From NCBI GenBank assembly GCA_937124615.1, contig CAKZKR010000113.1, positions 1,292 through 65,291 on the forward strand: DNA of 64,000 nucleotides, read 5' to 3'. Numbering within the stretch: the first letter of the stretch is position 1; each line of letters opens with the position of its first letter. This DNA is from an uncultured bacterium. GTDB lineage: Bacteria; Hydrogenedentota; Hydrogenedentia; Hydrogenedentales; Hydrogenedentaceae. The translations under genes and the position numbers were made by a program. Below, in pieces: positions 58,863 through 64,000 of the stretch. Under the pieces are notes generated by a model that had not been told where the DNA came from, did not search any database, and saw nothing but the letters and a program-made list of their open reading frames with translations.

Positions 58863-60506
58863 ATTAGGAGCCGGTATTAAATTAGCTCCTTGCGTAGAAT
58901 TATGAACAAAAACAGATTTTTCTGCTTCTTCGGGAGTGAGAGGTACAGGACGATTTAGTAGATGGGCATATTCTTCGGAACAGAGCCAATTTTGCAAGGC
59001 CTTTTTAATAAAAAAAACATCCTGCTTCATACATAAACTTAACACAACTCCGCCTAAACCTGCACCCGTTAGGCATGACCCCAAAGCACCGTTTTGATTA
59101 GAAATATCAACTAACTTATCCAGTACAGGAGTACTGGCTCCAAAATCACCCGTAAGCGAATAAGGAACTATTTGAAGATGCTCATATATAAATAGCAAGT
59201 CATCGGTTACTTCACGATGAAAAGGGTTCCCTGCGGAGTCTAAAATACGGTCGCCATTGTGTCCCAGTGTCATTAAATATCCCGCTAAAGATATATCCCC
59301 CTGTTGAATGGATTCAAAAAAGTTTCTTGCCCGAATAGATTCGCAAATACCAAAAACTAAAGGCCCGCGTATGGGCACAACTTTAGGATGTTCTTCTTTG
59401 GGCAAATGTCCATAATATCGCTCAAAACTATCACGGATACCCGGTATGTTGAAATCATTAAATAGAGTCTCAATGGGTAAAGCATGAGGAATCGTTCGGA
59501 ATAATGAATATAGATTTTGGATGCCGCCAAGATGTTCCGGTGAAAAGTCTGCAAGAGTTTGGAAATGATTTGCTTCTTCTTCACTTAATCCTTGTGATTT
59601 TAGAATCTCTCTTAATATTGTTAGGGCCACAGAATAAGCAAAACGGTTTTTAATATAAGAGCCAGCATGGGTTGAACTAATATCCCTTTGAGTTCTGGAA
59701 TTTGTGATGATGATGGATACATTATCGGGGAAGGGATGATAATGTATCTCAAGGATTTTTGCCGTTTCTGGGTCGAGACGGACCCCTAAAAGAGTATCTT
59801 TTTTACCCAACAGTTCCGCCGTTTGGTCACTAAGACCACTCCTGGCACCTGTAAACCATTCCGCATCCTGTACTATTTTCAATTTTGCGGTTATTTCATA
59901 ATCGTAAGGGTTGCTGTACATGAGTGCATGGAGCAAGACAATGCACAATGCGTGTGAGGAACTTAAAGCAGACCCTTCTGGAATGTCTCCACCGATAACT
60001 GCATCAAGACCTGTAAAAAGAGGCCTATTTATTTGTTTTGCAAAACGGAGCAAAATACCCGTTATATATTGATGCCAGTGGCTTGAAATATCTGTCCGGT
60101 TTTGGGCATGATGACAAACTTCATTCCATGCTGACGACCATGGAAATTCATTTTGTAAAGCCTCAAAAGAGGTCGTAAAAGGCTTATGTTTAGGGTCTAA
60201 GTTATGTATATAGAATTTATCATCTTCACGAGTATGACCCACCAGAACAATCTCTTGCTCCGTCGTCATCAGATTTAAAAAACCGCCATGTGTATCTACA
60301 TGCATCCCCCGCAGGTTTATTCTCCCGGGGCACCTTGTTATAAAAACATGTTTATCGCCAAATAAATCAATAAACTTTTGCAAAGTCTGGATTATTAAAT
60401 GAATTCGTTCCTGTCTTGCCTCCCCGTAAGTTTCATTTAAAAATCGCTTCTGTTCTGTTGAATAACAGAGAAAAAATTCAATCCATTTACTTGCAAGTAT
60501 CATCAT
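58845..60506 (-). CDS. Divergent galactokinase-like GHMP sugar kinase
   Basis: CPGRINLRGMHVDTHGG, GDIPEGSALSSSHA, SGLSDQ, GSCLTGAGLGG. Confidence 0.8.
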   Translation of the reverse strand: MMILASKWIEFFLCYSTEQKRFLNETYGEARQERIHLIIQTLQKFIDLFGDKHVFITRCPGRINLRGMHVDTHGGFLNLMTTEQEIVLVGHTREDDKFYIHNLDPKHKPFTTSFEALQNEFPWSSAWNEVCHHAQNRTDISSHWHQYITGILLRFAKQINRPLFTGLDAVIGGDIPEGSALSSSHALCIVLLHALMYSNPYDYEITAKLKIVQDAEWFTGARSGLSDQTAELLGKKDTLLGVRLDPETAKILEIHYHPFPDNVSIIITNSRTQRDISSTHAGSYIKNRFAYSVALTILREILKSQGLSEEEANHFQTLADFSPEHLGGIQNLYSLFRTIPHALPIETLFNDFNIPGIRDSFERYYGHLPKEEHPKVVPIRGPLVFGICESIRARNFFESIQQGDISLAGYLMTLGHNGDRILDSAGNPFHREVTDDLLFIYEHLQIVPYSLTGDFGASTPVLDKLVDISNQNGALGSCLTGAGLGGVVLSLCMKQDVFFIKKALQNWLCSEEYAHLLNRPVPLTPEEAEKSVFVHNSTQGANLIPAPNLSFVC

Positions 60507-62329
60507 GGTGTATAAGTTGTTTTAATATTATATTTTTCTTTTAATTCTTGTAATATTTGTAAGAATTCTGTCTTTTCGCCCTCACGGACTATTCTACTTA
60601 TTATATAAAAAGCTTTATGGAAAGCCCACTTTCGAGCAATATCGACATCGCCCGAATCGGATTGGGATAAATCTGCTCTGAATATGACCTCCTTCCTTTT
60701 CCCCATAGAACTCCCTTGAAGGCGGAACACAAAGTTCTTCTGTGTTTCAGTATTAAACTTTCCAAAAATAGAAACAGGTATGCTTTGATAGAAATTGGGA
60801 AATATAAAAGGATAAATTTCGTCTCGAGGTATAGAGCCAAAATCCATTGAGACATCAATGAGTATTGGATTCTGAACCTTTTGAAAAGCCTGAGGTATTG
60901 CTGTAGATAATTGGTCTATGTTATTACGAATTACGCAGAATCCACGATTTATATAGGCCAAAAATTCAAGGAGATACCGGTCAATTGTGTTCCCCGCTCC
61001 CAGGGTAAAGATTTCATATCGCCCCTGATTCTCTAAAGTCAGATTCGCAATTATGGCTCGCGTATCTCGAAGTCCGATTGTAGGCTTTCCGTCGGAATAT
61101 AACCATAATATGTTTGGAATCCCCGGCGTTGTAGGTATCTGTATAATTTGTCGTACGGAATTAAAGACATCCGTTTGTCCCGTGGACTGTATTTGTCTTA
61201 AAAATTTCTGAGCAGAAATTTTGTTTTCCTGTGTTGCTTTTATATACCCTTCTGCAAAAAAGGTAGTCCGCTCCCGAAAAAGAACGATGTTAAAAAGGTC
61301 CTCACTCCGGAGTTGTTGTAAGGTGTCCCGAACGCCTTTAATTGTTTGATCTAATTTCTGTTGTCCAATACTTGCAGAACTATCAATAATAAAAGCAACT
61401 TGTTTAGGTATTGGAGTAATTTTGGCATCTTTTTTAGGCGAGATAACTAACTGGAAAAATCCCTGTGTCTTATCTTTTTCTAAATAGGTCTTCAGATCGA
61501 TTTCAAACAAATCGTCCCAAAATTCGTAAGGACGACTTTCTTTTTCCTTCTTTGCTTCTTCAATAATGGGTTGTTCAATGATTTCTTGCTCTAATATTTG
61601 TTCTAATGATATAGGAGGTTCTACAGGTTCCAGTTGAGGAACGAGTACGACCGGAGATTGATTGGCTTCAGGCATTTCGCCTCCTGGTTGCTCGGGAGAT
61701 GGAGTTGCCGTAATGATACGAGGGATAGAAGAAGAAGGGATGGAAATCCCTTGTGAGGAAAGCGTTGTGTTATTGATAGAAAAAATCGGTGTTTCATCAG
61801 GTTTTAAGATATGTTCTTCGGAAGGAGGTAATACTCGTCTCGCAACATCTACGGTGTCTTTTTCTGATTCTTTTTCAATCATAAGGATTTGTTCTTCCAT
61901 CTGTTCGATGAGTTCATCCGGTGCAAGAGGTTCTGTTGTCCGGTCCAGGGGTTCTGTTACCGCTTCTTTCGCTAATGATTCCTTTTGTAAAGATGAAGGA
62001 TAAGGGGGGACCGGAATTCCTATTGAAGGAAGAATTTCCTCTATAAATTTTTGAAATGAAATGGGACGAGTGGATAATGATGTACTAACAGGTTCTTCTA
62101 TTTGTTGAGAAATAGTGGTTTTTTCGTCAATCAATTTTACACGAATATTAAACGGTATTGTCTGAGGGCCTGTTGTAAATAAGGGAATAAAGCGAGAGCT
62201 GTAAATAATAGAAATATATAAAAGTATACTGATAATAATGCTGATAGTAAAACGAACATTTTTACTGCGCAGGAATTCTGAAATTCCTGAAGAGATAGAA
62301 TTATTTTGTGTAATGTTCGATTTAAACAT
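60503..62329 (-). CDS. Membrane-anchored vWA domain protein with Pro/Glu-rich linker
   Basis: N-terminal TM helix; MIDAS IIDSSAS...GQTD...YSDGKPT; layout resembling VIT/ITIH-type vWA proteins. Confidence 0.85.
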   Translation of the reverse strand: MFKSNITQNNSISSGISEFLRSKNVRFTISIIISILLYISIIYSSRFIPLFTTGPQTIPFNIRVKLIDEKTTISQQIEEPVSTSLSTRPISFQKFIEEILPSIGIPVPPYPSSLQKESLAKEAVTEPLDRTTEPLAPDELIEQMEEQILMIEKESEKDTVDVARRVLPPSEEHILKPDETPIFSINNTTLSSQGISIPSSSIPRIITATPSPEQPGGEMPEANQSPVVLVPQLEPVEPPISLEQILEQEIIEQPIIEEAKKEKESRPYEFWDDLFEIDLKTYLEKDKTQGFFQLVISPKKDAKITPIPKQVAFIIDSSASIGQQKLDQTIKGVRDTLQQLRSEDLFNIVLFRERTTFFAEGYIKATQENKISAQKFLRQIQSTGQTDVFNSVRQIIQIPTTPGIPNILWLYSDGKPTIGLRDTRAIIANLTLENQGRYEIFTLGAGNTIDRYLLEFLAYINRGFCVIRNNIDQLSTAIPQAFQKVQNPILIDVSMDFGSIPRDEIYPFIFPNFYQSIPVSIFGKFNTETQKNFVFRLQGSSMGKRKEVIFRADLSQSDSGDVDIARKWAFHKAFYIISRIVREGEKTEFLQILQELKEKYNIKTTYTP

Positions 62330-62333
62330 AAAT

Positions 62334-63998
62334 CTACCTCGGGGCTGTCGATAATGATGATGTATTGTACCCCTCGTTTAATAGAGTTCCCTTCACCTTT
62401 TCAGCTAAAGGATGTGAAGGGAAGTCATCTAATAACTCTCTGAATGCTCTCCGTGCGTTTTCTTTTTCATTAATCTTTAAGTAGCAATTGCCAGAACGCC
62501 ATAATGATTCTGGCGAAAGTTCTGGGTGGAGGAACAGGATAGCCACTTTCAGATAATTTCTACCGGCCTTTTCAAGTTCGCCCTGATTCTCATATATTTC
62601 TGAAAGTCGGAATTGAGCACGGGCACTCGTTTCACTTCCTCCGTTATTGGCACAGCGTTCATAAAATTCTAAAGCCTGAGGCATCTGATTTTTCTGTTCA
62701 TAAATTTGAGCTATTCGATACAAGGATTCTGTAGCAGATGTAGAAGACGGGGATATATCTATAACCCTTTGATATTCCTTGATAGCTTCATCTAATTTAC
62801 CCAAATTATGAATGCACTCTGCATAACGGAATTGTAGCCGTTGAGGGGCTGGATAATCTTTTAGCACCTCCTGCATTCGTTTTAAAACCGGACGAGCGAG
62901 GTCCCACTTTTGATTATCAAGGTAATACTGGGCTAGCCATGCAAACTGCTCTTCCTCTACAGTAATTTGTGGATATTCAATTATAGTTTTGAACAATGCT
63001 TCTGCAGATTTTTCATAATCTTTTACTTCATGCTGGGCAATACTTATAGCAAGCCATGCTTGTCCCGCAATAGATGGGGGGGGATTTTGGGATATTAAGT
63101 ATTGCAAAGAATCGATTGATTTTATAGGGTCTTTCTTATTCTTCAAATAATAAATTCCTAATTTTAATCTTACCTCTTGTATATTTTGAGATTGTGGAAA
63201 TGTATTAATAAAATTCTGATAAGTCTGAAAAGCCTCCTCATCCTTATTTAATCGTTCATAGCAACTTGCTAACCGTATCAATACCTGTTCTTGTAACGGA
63301 TCGTTTTGCGAGATTTCTCTGGCTTTGAGATAGATTTTCAATGCTTCTTCCCAGTTTTCATTTTTACCTTGCAAATCGCCACAACGAAGATATGCAGAAA
63401 CAATCAATGAATGTTGGGGATAAGTCTGAATAAAACGGTTGTATAACTGCAATGCAGGCTGAGTAATTCCCAGCAATTCGGCACATTCTGCAGATTTGTA
63501 TAGTGCTTCAGGTGCAAATTTAGAAGTAGGATATTTTTCATATACCAACTGGAGTTCCTCCATAGCGTCTTCATAGTTTCCTTCCGCTATGTATAAAGAG
63601 CCCAGCAAGAAATAAGCATCCGGTCTTAGTGAGGAGGAATCCCCGCTTTTATCGAGAAACTCCATAACGCTTGTTTTTGACGCGGTGGAGTCATTTTTTA
63701 AAAAATATATCCATGCAATTTTGTATAGTGATTCTATTGCATAAACAGAATCTTTAAATTGTTCTCGCAATGTATTGTAAAACGATAAAGCCTCATCCTG
63801 TAGATTTTGTTCTAAAAGGGAATTCGCAAGAATATAAATTGCTAAGGGTTTCTTCTCTGATTGAGGATATGTTTGGAGGAAAGTCTTTCCTTCATTTACA
63901 GCCTCGGGGAACTTTTTGGCTTGATATAAAGTCCATAAGTATCCGAAATCGGATTTTTCTTTATACGGTCCTTCTTTAAATTGTGTTTTTAGTATTTG
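62334..63998 (-). CDS. Long TPR repeat protein (BamD/CpoB-like repeats), 5' end outside the window
   Basis: Repeated YP.S..A.EALY motifs; the frame stays open from 63770 to the window edge (QILKTQFKEGPYKEKSDFGYLW...). Confidence 0.88.
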   Translation of the reverse strand, partial: QILKTQFKEGPYKEKSDFGYLWTLYQAKKFPEAVNEGKTFLQTYPQSEKKPLAIYILANSLLEQNLQDEALSFYNTLREQFKDSVYAIESLYKIAWIYFLKNDSTASKTSVMEFLDKSGDSSSLRPDAYFLLGSLYIAEGNYEDAMEELQLVYEKYPTSKFAPEALYKSAECAELLGITQPALQLYNRFIQTYPQHSLIVSAYLRCGDLQGKNENWEEALKIYLKAREISQNDPLQEQVLIRLASCYERLNKDEEAFQTYQNFINTFPQSQNIQEVRLKLGIYYLKNKKDPIKSIDSLQYLISQNPPPSIAGQAWLAISIAQHEVKDYEKSAEALFKTIIEYPQITVEEEQFAWLAQYYLDNQKWDLARPVLKRMQEVLKDYPAPQRLQFRYAECIHNLGKLDEAIKEYQRVIDISPSSTSATESLYRIAQIYEQKNQMPQALEFYERCANNGGSETSARAQFRLSEIYENQGELEKAGRNYLKVAILFLHPELSPESLWRSGNCYLKINEKENARRAFRELLDDFPSHPLAEKVKGTLLNEGYNTSSLSTAPR

Positions 63999-64000
63999 AT

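Noticed and set aside
370-63979. Numerous 60-180 aa antisense or alternate-frame ORFs in the ORF track
   Set aside because: They lie within well-supported genes and lack recognisable motifs or RBSs.

Overview
Low-GC bacterial chromosomal segment, mostly housekeeping. Recognisable genes: trxA, asd, secA, a ribose-type ABC transporter, mnmA, tRNA-Val(TAC), fumC, ftsK-rodZ-like-pgsA-alr-NYN, ispH, lpxA-(gnnA-like)-lpxB-polA-rho and a DegT aminotransferase. The DUF1559/H-X9-DG prepilin-like gene and the Ig-rich surface protein with an xPxA-TM-basic tail suggest Candidatus Hydrogenedentes or a related lineage (inference). No CRISPR array, integrase, transposase or phage genes are visible. Most notable: (1) a Hel308/Ski2-like helicase with an altered motif II (DDID), fused to a C-terminal OmpR/PhoB-type winged helix, behind a near-consensus sigma70 promoter with a 10-bp-arm palindrome across the spacer; (2) a membrane Ser/Thr kinase (DFN instead of DFG) fused to an apparently inactive PqaA-type hydrolase ectodomain; (3) a 3875-bp tandem duplication (8560-12434/12435-16309) with one observed SNP, possibly an assembly artefact; (4) a MIERR minigene / 13-nt anti-16S element in the prepilin-like gene leader; (5) 9-mer GTCnGACnn palindromic repeats; (6) a eukaryote-type neutral sphingomyelinase-like gene; (7) a probable GlcN3N lipid A pathway; (8) a further probable pseudoenzyme (PLC/S1-P1-like plus TPR). 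All family calls come from visual motif recognition, not database searches.
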